Part shown: positions 47,207 to 57,301 of the stretch, one piece after another | How positions within the stretch are numbered: position 1 is the first letter of the stretch | How the letters are laid out: every line of letters begins with the position of its first letter | NCBI RefSeq assembly: GCF_041248615.1 | Contig: NZ_CP158426.1 | Direction: 5' to 3' (one strand) | Length of the DNA stretch: 64,000 nucleotides | From: Escherichia coli | GTDB lineage: Bacteria; Pseudomonadota; Gammaproteobacteria; Enterobacterales; Enterobacteriaceae | The notes under the pieces: model-generated | What the model was told of the DNA's origin: nothing | Databases searched by the model: none | Seen by the model: only the letters and a program-made list of their open reading frames with translations | Made by a program: the position numbers and the translations under genes

Positions 47207-47692
47207 ATGACAACCGTTTTGCATAATTCCACCACATCTTCTGTTTCCGTAACCGCTGTATCAGAGAATAACCCGACTCAACTGGTTGCCACCCTCGTCC
47301 CTGATGAACAGCGCATCAGCTTCTGGCCGCAGCATTTTGGCCTCATTCCACAGTGGGTGACCCTGGAGCCCCGTGTCTTCGGCTGGATGGACCGTCTGTG
47401 CGAAGACTACTGCGGTGGTATCTGGAATCTGTACACCCTGAACAACGGCGGGGCATTTATGGCCCCCGAACCGGATGACGATGATGACGAAACATGGGTA
47501 CTGTTCAGTGCCATGAACGGTAACCGCGCTGAAATGAGCCCGGAAGCTGCCGGTATTGCCGCCTGTCTGATGACGTACAGCCATCATGCCTGTCGTACGG
47601 AGTGTTATGCCATGACGGTCCATTATTACCGTCTGCGGGATTACGCCCTGCAGCATCCGGAATGCAGCGCCATTATGCGTATCATCGACTGA
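47207..47692 (+). CDS. Putative antirestriction protein (YfjX/YafX-like)
   Basis: 161 aa; acidic stretch EPDDDDDE; conserved position upstream of radC-like gene. Confidence 0.5.
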   Translation: MTTVLHNSTTSSVSVTAVSENNPTQLVATLVPDEQRISFWPQHFGLIPQWVTLEPRVFGWMDRLCEDYCGGIWNLYTLNNGGAFMAPEPDDDDDETWVLFSAMNGNRAEMSPEAAGIAACLMTYSHHACRTECYAMTVHYYRLRDYALQHPECSAIMRIID

Positions 47693-48184
47693 ATGGAGAG
47701 AAGCATAATGCAACAGCTTTCCTTTCTGCCCGGAGAGATGACGCCTGGCGAGCGCAGCCTCATTCAGCGGGCCCTGAAAACCCTGGACCGCCATCTTCAT
47801 GAACCCGGCGTGGCCTTCACCTCCACGCATGCGGCACGGGAGTGGCTGATTCTGAACATGGCGGGACTGGAGCGGGAAGAGTTCCGGGTGCTGTATCTGA
47901 ACAACCAGAATCAGCTGATTGCCGATGAAACCCTCTTCACCGGCACCATCAACCGCACGGAAGTCCATCCCCGTGAAGTGATTAAACGCGCCCTGTATCA
48001 CAATGCCGCTGCTGTGGTGCTGGCACACAATCACCCGTCCGGTGAAGTCACACCCAGCAAGGCAGACCGCCTTATCACGGAACGTCTGGTACAGGCACTG
48101 GCCCTGGTGGATATCCGGGTACCGGACCATCTGATAGTTGGTGGCAACCAGGTTTTCTCCTTTGCGGAACACGGTCTGCTTTAA
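47693..48184 (+). CDS. RadC-like JAB/MPN-domain protein (YeeS/YkfG/YfjY-like)
   Basis: JAB motif HNHPSGEVTPSKAD. Confidence 0.75.
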   Translation: MERSIMQQLSFLPGEMTPGERSLIQRALKTLDRHLHEPGVAFTSTHAAREWLILNMAGLEREEFRVLYLNNQNQLIADETLFTGTINRTEVHPREVIKRALYHNAAAVVLAHNHPSGEVTPSKADRLITERLVQALALVDIRVPDHLIVGGNQVFSFAEHGLL

Positions 48185-48252
48185 CCCGTCACCGTTACAA
48201 CCACATCACACCTGTTTTCACTTTTATCTTCTGTCTTCAGAGGTATCCCACT

Positions 48253-48474
48253 ATGAAAATCATCACCCGTGGCGAAGCCATGCGTATTCATCAACAACAT
48301 CCTGCATCCCGTCTTTTCCCGTTCTGTACCGGCAAATACCGCTGGCACGGCAGCACTGAAGCGTATACCGGTCGTGAAGTGCAGGATATTCCCGGTGTGC
48401 TGGCCGTGTTTGCTGAACGCCGTAAGGACAGTTTTGGCCCATATGTCCGGTTGATGAGCGTCACCCTGAACTGA
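48253..48474 (+). CDS. DUF987-type small protein (YeeT/YkfH-like)
   Basis: 73 aa; conserved position between radC-like and antitoxin genes. Confidence 0.5.
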   Translation: MKIITRGEAMRIHQQHPASRLFPFCTGKYRWHGSTEAYTGREVQDIPGVLAVFAERRKDSFGPYVRLMSVTLN

Positions 48475-48553
48475 GTCTGGAAGGGCATTCAGATGAGCAG
48501 AATTATCGCCACCACCGGACCATTCTTAACCGATTTTCTGTGAGGACTTTATC

Positions 48554-48922
48554 GTGTCAGACACACTGCCCGGGACAACGCATCCCGACAACAACAACGA
48601 CCGCCCCTGGTGGGGGCTGCCCTGCACCGTGACGCCCTGTTTCGGGGCACGTCTGGTGCAGGAGGGTAACCGGTTGCATTACCTTACAGACCGCGCCGGT
48701 ATCAGAGGGCGGTTCAGCGATGCGGATGCGAACCATCTGGACCAGGCCTTTCCGCTGCTGATGAAACAACTGGAACTCATGCTCACCAGCAGTGAACTGA
48801 ATCCCCACCGTCAGAATACCGTCACGCTGTATGTTAAAGGGCTGACCTGCCATGCGGACACCCTCGGCAGCTGTGGTTACGTTTATCTGGCTGTTTATCC
48901 GACGCCCGAAATGAAAAATTAA
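48554..48922 (+). CDS. cbeA: CbeA/YeeU-family type IV antitoxin
   Basis: 122 aa; gene pair arrangement with downstream CbtA-like toxin. Confidence 0.7.
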   Translation: MSDTLPGTTHPDNNNDRPWWGLPCTVTPCFGARLVQEGNRLHYLTDRAGIRGRFSDADANHLDQAFPLLMKQLELMLTSSELNPHRQNTVTLYVKGLTCHADTLGSCGYVYLAVYPTPEMKN

Positions 48923-49011
48923 CTCTCCAGAATAGCCTTCTGCTACGGCCTGGTGCTTTCACCACGCCACTTTTCCATTTTTCATCTCTGCATATCAGGA
49001 AAATCTTCAGT

Positions 49012-49395
49012 ATGAAAACATTACCTGTATTACCCGGGCAGGCGGCCAGTTCACGCCCGTCTCCGGTTGAAATCTGGCAGACACTGCTCACCCGACTGCT
49101 GGACCAGCACTACGGCCTTACGCTGAATGACACACCGTTCGCCGATGAACGTGTGATTGAGCAGCATATTGAAGCTGGCATTTCACTGTGTGATGCGGTG
49201 AACTTTCTCGTTGAAAAATACGCACTGGTACGTACCGACCAGCCGGGATTCAGCGCCTGTACCCGCTCTCAGTTAATAAACAGTATTGATATTCTCCGGG
49301 CTCGCCGGGCAACCGGCCTGATGACCCGCGACAATTACAGAACGGTAAATAACATTACCCTGGGTAAGCATCAGGAGTCGAAACGATGCAACTGA
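49012..49395 (+). CDS. cbtA: CbtA/YeeV-family toxin (cytoskeleton-binding toxin)
   Basis: 127 aa [43 protein letters not shown]... Confidence 0.7.
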   Translation: MKTLPVLPGQAASSRPSPVEIWQTLLTRLLDQHYGLTLNDTPFADERVIEQHIEAGISLCDAVNFLVEKYALVRTDQPGFSACTRSQLINSIDILRARRATGLMTRDNYRTVNNITLGKHQESKRCN

Positions 49396-49874
49396 CCCTG
49401 ACACTGGAAGCCGACAGCGTTAACGTACAGGCACTGAATATGGGGCGAATTGTCGTTGACATTGATGGTGTTAATCTCGCTGAACTGATTAACATGATCT
49501 GCGATAACGGCTACTCCCTTCGTGTTGTTGATGAATCTGACCGGACCTCAGCAGACTGCACGCCACCATTTGCTGCCCTTACCGGCATACGCTGCAGTAC
49601 CGCACATATCACGGAAACGGACAACACCTGGCTGTACTCGCTGTCGCATCAGACGAATGACACCGGCGAATCAGAATGGATTCATTTTACAGGCAGAGGG
49701 TATCTGTTACGTACCGATGCTTTGTCGTATCCGGTGCTACACCTTAAACGTCTGGGCCTGTCAAAAACCTTCCGCCGTCTGGTTGTCACTCTCATCCGGC
49801 GTTATGGCGTCAGTCTTATTCATCTGGATGCCAGCGCCGGGTGTCTGCCGGATTTACCCACTTTCGACTGGTAA
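49386..49874 (+). CDS. YeeW-like hypothetical protein, overlapping the toxin gene 3' end
   Basis: 162-aa ORF starting 10 bp before the cbtA stop. Confidence 0.4.
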   Translation: MQLTLTLEADSVNVQALNMGRIVVDIDGVNLAELINMICDNGYSLRVVDESDRTSADCTPPFAALTGIRCSTAHITETDNTWLYSLSHQTNDTGESEWIHFTGRGYLLRTDALSYPVLHLKRLGLSKTFRRLVVTLIRRYGVSLIHLDASAGCLPDLPTFDW

Positions 49875-49885
49875 CCAGAAACAAC

Positions 49886-50083
49886 ATGAAATCATTAACC
49901 ACGGAAACAGCGCTGGATATTCTGATTGCGTGGCTGCAGGACAATATCGACTGTGAATCCGGAATTATCTTTGACAACGATGAGGATAAAACGGATTCGA
50001 CAGCCCTGTTGTCCTGTATTGAACAGGCCAGGGAGGATATCCGTACCCTGCGCCAACTGCAGCTTCAGCCCCCGAACCGGTGA
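49886..50083 (+). CDS. Small hypothetical protein (DUF957-like); ORF open from 49841
   Basis: ATG at 49886 gives MKSLTTETALDILIAWLQDNID... Confidence 0.4.
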   Translation: MKSLTTETALDILIAWLQDNIDCESGIIFDNDEDKTDSTALLSCIEQAREDIRTLRQLQLQPPNR

Positions 50084-50179
50084 GTTTCACTCATCATCTC
50101 ACTCACCAGACTTCATTCCACTGACGCCAGCCTGAACAGGGCTGGCGTTTTCATTTATCTGCAAAAAGGAATATCGATT

Positions 50180-51025
50180 ATGTCTGATATCACAGCCTCC
50201 CGTCCGGAAGTAGTCAACGGGCATACGGACGTTATCTGCTCAACCAGTATCCGCCACATTCTGGCTGTACGAAAAAGTACACTGCTGCAAATCAACACAC
50301 TTATCCGGCAACTGGCTGAAATCTCAGCAATGACAGAAAGTATTGGCGGTAAAACCGCACTGGACTGGGCGATGAAACAGGATTTTCGCTGTGGCTGCTG
50401 GCTCATGGAGAAACCTGAAACGGCAATGAAAGCCATCACACACAATCTCGATCGTGAAATCTGGCGTGACTTGATGCAACGTTCCGGGATGCTTTCCTTA
50501 ATGGATGCACAGGCCCGTGAGACATGGTACCGGTCACTGGAGTACGATAATTTTCCGGAAATCAGCGAAGCGAACATCCTGAGCACATTTGAACAACTGC
50601 ACCAGAATAAGGATGAGGTGTTTGAGCGAGGGGTGATCAACGTCTTCAGAGGGCTGAACTGGAATTACAAAACCAATTGCCCCTGTAAATTTGGCAGTAA
50701 AATTATCGTCAACAATCTGGTGAGATGGGACCGGTGGGGATTTCATCTTATCACCGGACAACAGGCTGACCGACTCGCCGATCTGGAAAGAATGTTGCAC
50801 CTGTTCAGCGGTAAACCAATCCCCGACAATCGGGAAAACATCACTATTCGTCTGGATGAGCACATTCAGTCTGTTCAGGGTAAAGAGAGCTATGAAGATG
50901 AGATGTTCAGCATCAGATACTTTAAGAAGGGCTCCGCGCATATCACATTCAGAAAACCAGAACTGGTTGATCGGCTAAATGACATCATTGCAAAGCGTTA
51001 TCCGGGACAATTATCAGCCATCTGA
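50180..51025 (+). CDS. Hypothetical 281-aa protein at the tRNA-proximal end of the island
   Basis: ORF only; last gene before the reconstituted tRNA. Confidence 0.5.
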   Translation: MSDITASRPEVVNGHTDVICSTSIRHILAVRKSTLLQINTLIRQLAEISAMTESIGGKTALDWAMKQDFRCGCWLMEKPETAMKAITHNLDREIWRDLMQRSGMLSLMDAQARETWYRSLEYDNFPEISEANILSTFEQLHQNKDEVFERGVINVFRGLNWNYKTNCPCKFGSKIIVNNLVRWDRWGFHLITGQQADRLADLERMLHLFSGKPIPDNRENITIRLDEHIQSVQGKESYEDEMFSIRYFKKGSAHITFRKPELVDRLNDIIAKRYPGQLSAI

Positions 51026-51042
51026 GTCAGATGGAAAAAAGC

Positions 51043-51066
51043 TTACCTGACCCATTACCTGACCCA
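51043..51066. repeat. 24-bp direct repeat TTACCTGACCCATTACCTGACCCA (right copy), 57 bp from the tRNA 3' end
   Basis: Identical to 2880..2903. Confidence 0.8.
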
Positions 51067-51070
51067 ATTC

Positions 51071-51113
51071 AAAGGAAAAAGAAAAAGGGTTAGCTGGTTT
51101 ATTAGCTAACCCT
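51071..51113 (-). terminator. Island-borne rho-independent terminator directly downstream of the reconstituted tRNA
   Basis: Minus strand: stem agctaaccct / agggttagct followed by tttttcttttt. Confidence 0.55.
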
Positions 51114-51122
51114 TTGTTGTGT

Positions 51123-51198
51123 ATGGTGGCCCCTGTTGGGTTTGAACCAACGACCAAGCGATTATGAGTCGCCTGCTCTAACCACTGAGCTAAGGGGC
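51123..51198 (-). tRNA. ileX: tRNA-Ile2 (anticodon CAU, lysidine-modified), attL side of the island
   Basis: 76-nt cloverleaf GGCCCCTTAGCTCAGTGGTTAGAGCAGGCGACTCATAATCGCTTGGTCGTTGGTTCAAACCCAACAGGGGCCACCA with encoded CCA; K-12 position between mug and yqjH. Confidence 0.9.
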
Positions 51199-51323
51199 CA
51201 TGGTAGCGGATTATAAAGTAACTCCGTGTCGCAATCCAGCCATTACCGCGCGCCTGCTGTTTTTATAAACAATGTATTTTCAATCCGTTATACTTTTCCT
51301 GGTGATGTTAGAAAGGAGTAAAT

Positions 51324-51830
51324 ATGGTTGAGGATATTTTGGCCCCAGGGCTACGGGTCGTGTTTTGCGGTATCAACCCTGGGCTTTCATCCGCCGGAAC
51401 GGGTTTTCCCTTTGCTCATCCGGCAAATCGCTTCTGGAAGGTGATATATCAGGCCGGGTTTACCGACCGTCAGTTGAAGCCGCAGGAGGCACAGCATCTG
51501 CTGGATTATCGTTGTGGCGTCACCAAACTGGTAGACCGTCCAACGGTGCAAGCCAATGAAGTTTCAAAGCAAGAACTACACGCAGGCGGGCGTAAGCTGA
51601 TTGAAAAAATTGAAGATTATCAGCCGCAGGCGTTGGCGATTCTGGGCAAACAAGCATATGAACAGGGATTCAGCCAGCGCGGTGCACAGTGGGGGAAACA
51701 AACTCTCACCATTGGTTCGACGCAGATTTGGGTGCTGCCAAATCCCAGCGGTTTAAGTCGCGTTTCACTGGATAAACTGGTTGAAGCGTATCGCGAGCTG
51801 GACCAGGCGCTGGTAGTGCGTGGGCGATAA
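51324..51830 (+). CDS. mug: G/U mismatch-specific DNA glycosylase
   Basis: 168 aa [38 protein letters not shown]... Confidence 0.9.
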   Translation: MVEDILAPGLRVVFCGINPGLSSAGTGFPFAHPANRFWKVIYQAGFTDRQLKPQEAQHLLDYRCGVTKLVDRPTVQANEVSKQELHAGGRKLIEKIEDYQPQALAILGKQAYEQGFSQRGAQWGKQTLTIGSTQIWVLPNPSGLSRVSLDKLVEAYRELDQALVVRGR

Positions 51831-51832
51831 AA

Positions 51833-51857
51833 AACGCCACCGAAAAGGTGGCGTTTG
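51833..51857. terminator. Bidirectional terminator between convergent mug and rpoD
   Basis: aacgccacc gaaaa ggtggcgtt; T-run on the rpoD strand. Confidence 0.55.
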
Positions 51858-51900
51858 TGCAGAGGGACTAGTGCCGGGTGCGGCGTAACGCCTCTACCGA

Positions 51901-53742
51901 TTAATCGTCCAGGAAGCTACGCAGCACTTCAGAACGGCTCGGGTGACGCAGTTTGCGCAGCGCCTTCGCTTCGATCTGACGGATACGTTCGCGGGTAACG
52001 TCGAACTGTTTACCCACTTCTTCCAGCGTGTGGTCGGTGTTCATATCGATACCGAAGCGCATACGCAGAACTTTCGCTTCACGCGCGGTCAGGCCAGCCA
52101 GCACGTCGTGCGTTGCCGCACGCAGGCTTTCGGTGGTCGCAGAATCCAGCGGCAGCTCGAGGGTGGTATCCTCGATGAAATCCCCCAGATGCGAATCTTC
52201 ATCATCACCGATCGGCGTTTCCATGGAGATTGGCTCTTTGGCGATCTTCAGCACTTTGCGGATCTTGTCTTCCGGCATCAGCATACGTTCAGCCAGTTCT
52301 TCCGGCGTCGGTTCACGGCCCATCTCTTGCAGCATCTGGCGAGAAATACGGTTGAGTTTGTTGATAGTCTCAATCATATGCACCGGAATACGGATGGTGC
52401 GCGCCTGATCCGCGATAGAACGGGTGATCGCCTGACGGATCCACCAGGTTGCGTAGGTGGAGAACTTGTAACCACGGCGGTATTCGAATTTATCAACCGC
52501 TTTCATCAGGCCGATGTTACCTTCCTGAATCAGGTCAAGGAACTGCAAGCCACGGTTGGTGTATTTCTTGGCGATAGAAATAACCAGACGTAAGTTCGCT
52601 TCAACCATCTCTTTCTTCGCACGGCGGGCTTTTGCTTCACCGATGGACATACGACGGTTGATATCTTTAACCTGCTCGATGGTCAGGCCGGTTTCTTCTT
52701 CAATCTGCTGCAGTTTCTGCAGGGCGCGATGCACTTCTTCAGAGACATCGTGCAGTTTTTCCGACCACGGCTTGTTCATTGCAATTGCCGCGTTGAACCA
52801 GGTATCGCTGGTTTCGTTGCCGGTAAACAGGGTAATGAAGTTTTTCTTCGGCATTTTGCACTGCTCAACGCAGAGCTTCATGATCAGACGTTCTTGCGTA
52901 CGAACGCGGTCCATCATGACGCGCATGCTGTTGACCAGGTAGTCAAACTGCTTCGGCACCAGGCGGAACTGTTTGAATACTTCAGACAGTTTCAGGATCT
53001 CTTCCTGAGCGGCAGCGTGACTGCGACCTTTCGCTTTGATGGTGTCACGCGTTACAACGTACTGAGCGCGCAGTTCCGCAAATTTTTCACGAGCCAGTTC
53101 CGGGTCGATGCTGTTGTCATCATCGGCGCTGTCGTCATCGCCATCTTCTTCGTCTTCATCTTCGTCATCGTCCAGATCTTCCTGGGAAAGCTCAGAACCG
53201 ACGTGAGTGGCGGTAGGTGCCAGATCTTCTTCTGCGTTCGGGTCAACAAAGCCGGTGATCAGATCGGACAGACGCGCTTCTTCTGCTTCAACACGATCGT
53301 ACTGTTCCAGCAGATAGGTGATCGCTTCCGGATATTCAGCAACGGAGCATTGAACCTGGTTGATCCCGTCTTCAATACGCTTAGCGATGTCAATTTCGCC
53401 TTCGCGGGTCAACAGTTCAACGGTGCCCATTTCACGCATGTACATGCGTACCGGGTCAGTCGTGCGCCCGATTTCAGATTCCACGCTGGAAAGCACCTGC
53501 GCGGCGGCTTCGGCAGCATCTTCGTCCGCGGTGTTTTCAGCCAGCATCAGATCATCGGCATCCGGTGCTTCTTCCATCACCTGAATGCCCATGTCGTTGA
53601 TCATTTGGATGATGTCTTCGATCTGATCTGAATCGACGATATCTTCCGGCAGATGGTCATTGACCTCGGCATAGGTCAGATAGCCTTGCTCCTTACCACG
53701 GGTGACAAGAAGTTTCAGCTGTGACTGCGGGTTTTGCTCCAT
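51901..53742 (-). CDS. rpoD: RNA polymerase sigma-70 factor
   Basis: 613 aa with acidic region and regions 1-4. Confidence 0.95.
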   Translation of the reverse strand: MEQNPQSQLKLLVTRGKEQGYLTYAEVNDHLPEDIVDSDQIEDIIQMINDMGIQVMEEAPDADDLMLAENTADEDAAEAAAQVLSSVESEIGRTTDPVRMYMREMGTVELLTREGEIDIAKRIEDGINQVQCSVAEYPEAITYLLEQYDRVEAEEARLSDLITGFVDPNAEEDLAPTATHVGSELSQEDLDDDEDEDEEDGDDDSADDDNSIDPELAREKFAELRAQYVVTRDTIKAKGRSHAAAQEEILKLSEVFKQFRLVPKQFDYLVNSMRVMMDRVRTQERLIMKLCVEQCKMPKKNFITLFTGNETSDTWFNAAIAMNKPWSEKLHDVSEEVHRALQKLQQIEEETGLTIEQVKDINRRMSIGEAKARRAKKEMVEANLRLVISIAKKYTNRGLQFLDLIQEGNIGLMKAVDKFEYRRGYKFSTYATWWIRQAITRSIADQARTIRIPVHMIETINKLNRISRQMLQEMGREPTPEELAERMLMPEDKIRKVLKIAKEPISMETPIGDDEDSHLGDFIEDTTLELPLDSATTESLRAATHDVLAGLTAREAKVLRMRFGIDMNTDHTLEEVGKQFDVTRERIRQIEAKALRKLRHPSRSEVLRSFLDD

Positions 53743-53936
53743 AAGACGGTATCCACACTTATTTCATGAGGTTGGTGTTGGGCGATTGACCCGATGTCCT
53801 TCAGCCGTTAACGCTGAAATCCAACGGTTGTTTACCGCCAACGATAATTACGAGGGCGTACTTATATATTTGCCGCTGCCTCTCAGTGCGGCTGTCGGGG
53901 GCTTCCCGATCGCTCTTCGGCACTTAAGCCGTTAAA

Positions 53937-55682
53937 TCACTTTTTCGCCAGCTCCTGGTTTAATGTCCAGAGCTCCAGGCGTTCTTCGTTGCTTAAACCA
54001 TGCGTGCGCTCACGAGCGATTAACTCTTCCTGGCGCAGTTCAAGCAGCGAATCAAACATATGGTTGAGTGAGTCGGTGAAGGTTTGCTCAGCAATATTCT
54101 TATCTGCTATATCGTCCCACATCGACAGTTTTTCAAGGGTGGCAGCATTATTTGTACCACGATAGTGCTCTAAAAGTTGCCCGGTGGTCAGACCTGGCTG
54201 AGAGAGACAAGTGTTGACCAGTTCTCTGAATAAGCCAAGTCCAGGGAGCTTATTTTCATCCAGATTCTCAAGCGGCGGGACCAACGTCGCTAATTCTGGA
54301 TTTTGCACCAGCAACCCTATAAGTATACGCATGGTCGTGCGTTTTAGCTGCGGAACAGGGCGAGAAACGCCGCTCTCTGCCGCTTTTGGCATTAATCGTT
54401 CAAGCTGGCTGTCATCAAGTATGCCTAATTTGTTGCCTAATTCCTGACGAAGATATATTCGCAGCGTTTCGCCCGGCACTTGCGATATTAATGGCAGTGC
54501 CAGCGTACTCAAACGTGCGCGCCCGTCAGGGGTACTCAGATCAACTTGCGGCATCAGACTGTTAAACAGAAATGCGGAGAGTGGCATCGCCTGCTCCATC
54601 CGCGCTTCAAACGCTTCTTTACCTTCTTTTCGTACCAGCGTGTCAGGGTCTTCGCCATCAGGCAAAAACATAAAGCGTAGCTGACGACCGTCTGTCATGT
54701 AAGGCAGCGCCGTTTCCAGCGCTCGCCAGGCGGCATCGCGGCCTGCACGGTCGCCGTCATAACAGCAAATGACATTGTTGGTCGCGCGGAACAACAGTTG
54801 TATGTGATCGGCGGTGGTTGACGTACCTAACGACGCAACGGCGTAATTAATGCCGTATTGCGCCAGCGCCACCACGTCCATATAGCCTTCGACCACAAGC
54901 AGACGATTGGGTTCAGCGTTATCCTGCTGCGCTTCATAAAGACCGTAAAGCTGGCGGCCTTTATGGAAAATGTCCGTTTCCGGCGAGTTCAGGTATTTGG
55001 GTGTATCGTTGCCCAGCACACGCCCGCCAAAACCAATCACCCGACCGCGTTTATCGCGAATGGGGAACATCACCCGCTCGCGGAAACGATCGTAACTGCG
55101 TCCCTGATCGTTAGTGACCAACATCCCCGCATCAATCAATGACTGGCGATTTTCTGGATTGCCGCCAAACCGCTTCAGGACGTTGTCCCAGCCAGGGGGG
55201 GCAAAACCAATCGCAAAGCGGGCGATAACCTCGTGGCTTAATCCGCGTTTTTCCAGATACTGGCGCGCAGACGTGGCAACAGGTTGCTGTAAAGATTGTT
55301 GGTAAAACGTATTCAGACCGTCCATCAACTGATAAAGCGTTTGCCGCTGATGGCGCTCGATCTGGCTGGGGCCGCTGCCTGCTTCAAATGGCACTTCAAG
55401 ATTGTGCATTGCTGCCAGCTCTTCGACCGTTTCGACGAACTCGAGCTTGTCGTAGTTCATCAGGAAGTCGATCGCGTTGCCGTGCGCGCCACATCCAAAG
55501 CAGTGGTAAAACTGTTTCTCACCGTTAACGGTGAATGATGGGGTTTTCTCGTTGTGGAATGGACAACACGCGTGGAAATTCTTGCCCTGCTTTTTCAGCT
55601 TCACACGGGCATCGATCAGATCGACGATGTCAGTGCGTGCCAGCAGATCATTAATGAATACGCGTGGGATTCGTCCAGCCAT
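53937..55682 (-). CDS. dnaG: DNA primase
   Basis: 581 aa; zinc-binding CPFHNEKTPSF and TOPRIM domain. Confidence 0.95.
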   Translation of the reverse strand: MAGRIPRVFINDLLARTDIVDLIDARVKLKKQGKNFHACCPFHNEKTPSFTVNGEKQFYHCFGCGAHGNAIDFLMNYDKLEFVETVEELAAMHNLEVPFEAGSGPSQIERHQRQTLYQLMDGLNTFYQQSLQQPVATSARQYLEKRGLSHEVIARFAIGFAPPGWDNVLKRFGGNPENRQSLIDAGMLVTNDQGRSYDRFRERVMFPIRDKRGRVIGFGGRVLGNDTPKYLNSPETDIFHKGRQLYGLYEAQQDNAEPNRLLVVEGYMDVVALAQYGINYAVASLGTSTTADHIQLLFRATNNVICCYDGDRAGRDAAWRALETALPYMTDGRQLRFMFLPDGEDPDTLVRKEGKEAFEARMEQAMPLSAFLFNSLMPQVDLSTPDGRARLSTLALPLISQVPGETLRIYLRQELGNKLGILDDSQLERLMPKAAESGVSRPVPQLKRTTMRILIGLLVQNPELATLVPPLENLDENKLPGLGLFRELVNTCLSQPGLTTGQLLEHYRGTNNAATLEKLSMWDDIADKNIAEQTFTDSLNHMFDSLLELRQEELIARERTHGLSNEERLELWTLNQELAKK

Positions 55683-55792
55683 AGGCCCCGATTTTTAGCA
55701 ATTCATAAACGAAAATAAGCCGCGCATTCCTTTCGGAAGCACGGCCTTACAACTACAACTCGGTCTGATCGGAGAGCAACGCTCTCGGGGAA

Positions 55793-56047
<255 letters not shown>

Positions 56048-56245
56048 TCAACGCCAGCTTATTTCAAAATGGTGCGGAATTTTACTGCAATTGCTGCTGC
56101 TTTGTAAAGCACCGCGGCCTTTTTTGAAAGGGACTTTTATAAGGGTGAGGAGTATACACGAGGCTTTCTCCAGGGGCGAACAAAGTTTTACATCAACCCG
56201 CATTGGTCCTACACTGCGCGGTAATAAAGCGAGGTAAAACAAGTC

Positions 56246-57259
56246 ATGCGTGTACTGGGTATTGAAACTTCCTGCGATGAAACCGGCATCGCCATTTACG
56301 ACGATGAAAAAGGTTTGTTAGCCAACCAATTGTATAGTCAGGTGAAATTGCACGCTGACTACGGCGGCGTAGTGCCTGAGCTGGCCTCCCGCGATCATGT
56401 GCGTAAAACCGTACCGTTGATCCAGGCGGCGCTAAAGGAGTCTGGTTTAACGGCAAAAGACATTGATGCTGTGGCCTATACCGCAGGCCCTGGATTAGTC
56501 GGCGCGCTGCTGGTTGGCGCGACCGTGGGGCGTTCTCTGGCGTTTGCCTGGGGCGTTCCGGCGATCCCGGTACACCATATGGAAGGGCATCTGTTAGCGC
56601 CGATGCTGGAAGATAACCCACCGGAATTTCCGTTTGTCGCGCTACTGGTTTCCGGCGGTCATACGCAGTTAATCAGCGTCACTGGCATTGGTCAGTATGA
56701 GCTGCTCGGCGAGTCTATTGATGATGCCGCCGGGGAAGCGTTTGACAAAACCGCGAAGCTGCTGGGGCTGGATTATCCGGGCGGGCCGTTACTGTCGAAA
56801 ATGGCGGCTCAGGGTACAGCCGGACGCTTTGTCTTCCCGCGCCCGATGACCGACCGTCCGGGGCTGGATTTCAGCTTCTCTGGTCTGAAAACCTTCGCGG
56901 CAAATACCATTCGTGACAACGGCACCGACGACCAGACGCGTGCTGATATCGCCCGCGCCTTTGAAGATGCGGTGGTCGATACGTTGATGATTAAGTGTAA
57001 GCGAGCGCTGGATCAGACGGGCTTTAAGCGACTGGTAATGGCAGGCGGCGTGAGTGCTAACCGCACGTTACGGGCGAAGCTGGCTGAAATGATGAAAAAA
57101 CGCCGTGGCGAAGTGTTCTACGCGCGTCCGGAATTTTGTACTGATAACGGCGCGATGATCGCCTATGCCGGAATGGTGCGGTTTAAAGCAGGCGCGACGG
57201 CGGATCTCGGCGTTAGCGTGCGTCCGCGCTGGCCGCTGGCGGAGTTACCGGCTGCGTAA
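56246..57259 (+). CDS. tsaD: tRNA N6-adenosine threonylcarbamoyltransferase
   Basis: 337 aa [21 protein letters not shown]... Confidence 0.9.
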   Translation: MRVLGIETSCDETGIAIYDDEKGLLANQLYSQVKLHADYGGVVPELASRDHVRKTVPLIQAALKESGLTAKDIDAVAYTAGPGLVGALLVGATVGRSLAFAWGVPAIPVHHMEGHLLAPMLEDNPPEFPFVALLVSGGHTQLISVTGIGQYELLGESIDDAAGEAFDKTAKLLGLDYPGGPLLSKMAAQGTAGRFVFPRPMTDRPGLDFSFSGLKTFAANTIRDNGTDDQTRADIARAFEDAVVDTLMIKCKRALDQTGFKRLVMAGGVSANRTLRAKLAEMMKKRRGEVFYARPEFCTDNGAMIAYAGMVRFKAGATADLGVSVRPRWPLAELPAA

Positions 57260-57301
57260 AACTATTGGGTGCCGGAGAGTCACTTCCGGCACCGTCCTCA
57301 C

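Noticed and set aside
53100-53200. Acidic repeat region in rpoD ([14 protein letters not shown]) as a possible insertion or repeat expansion
   Set aside because: This acidic tract is a normal feature of sigma-70 region 1.
51943-53631. Antisense ORFs within rpoD (for example 52729..53631, 300 aa)
   Set aside because: Opposite-strand ORFs inside a highly conserved essential gene; no independent support.
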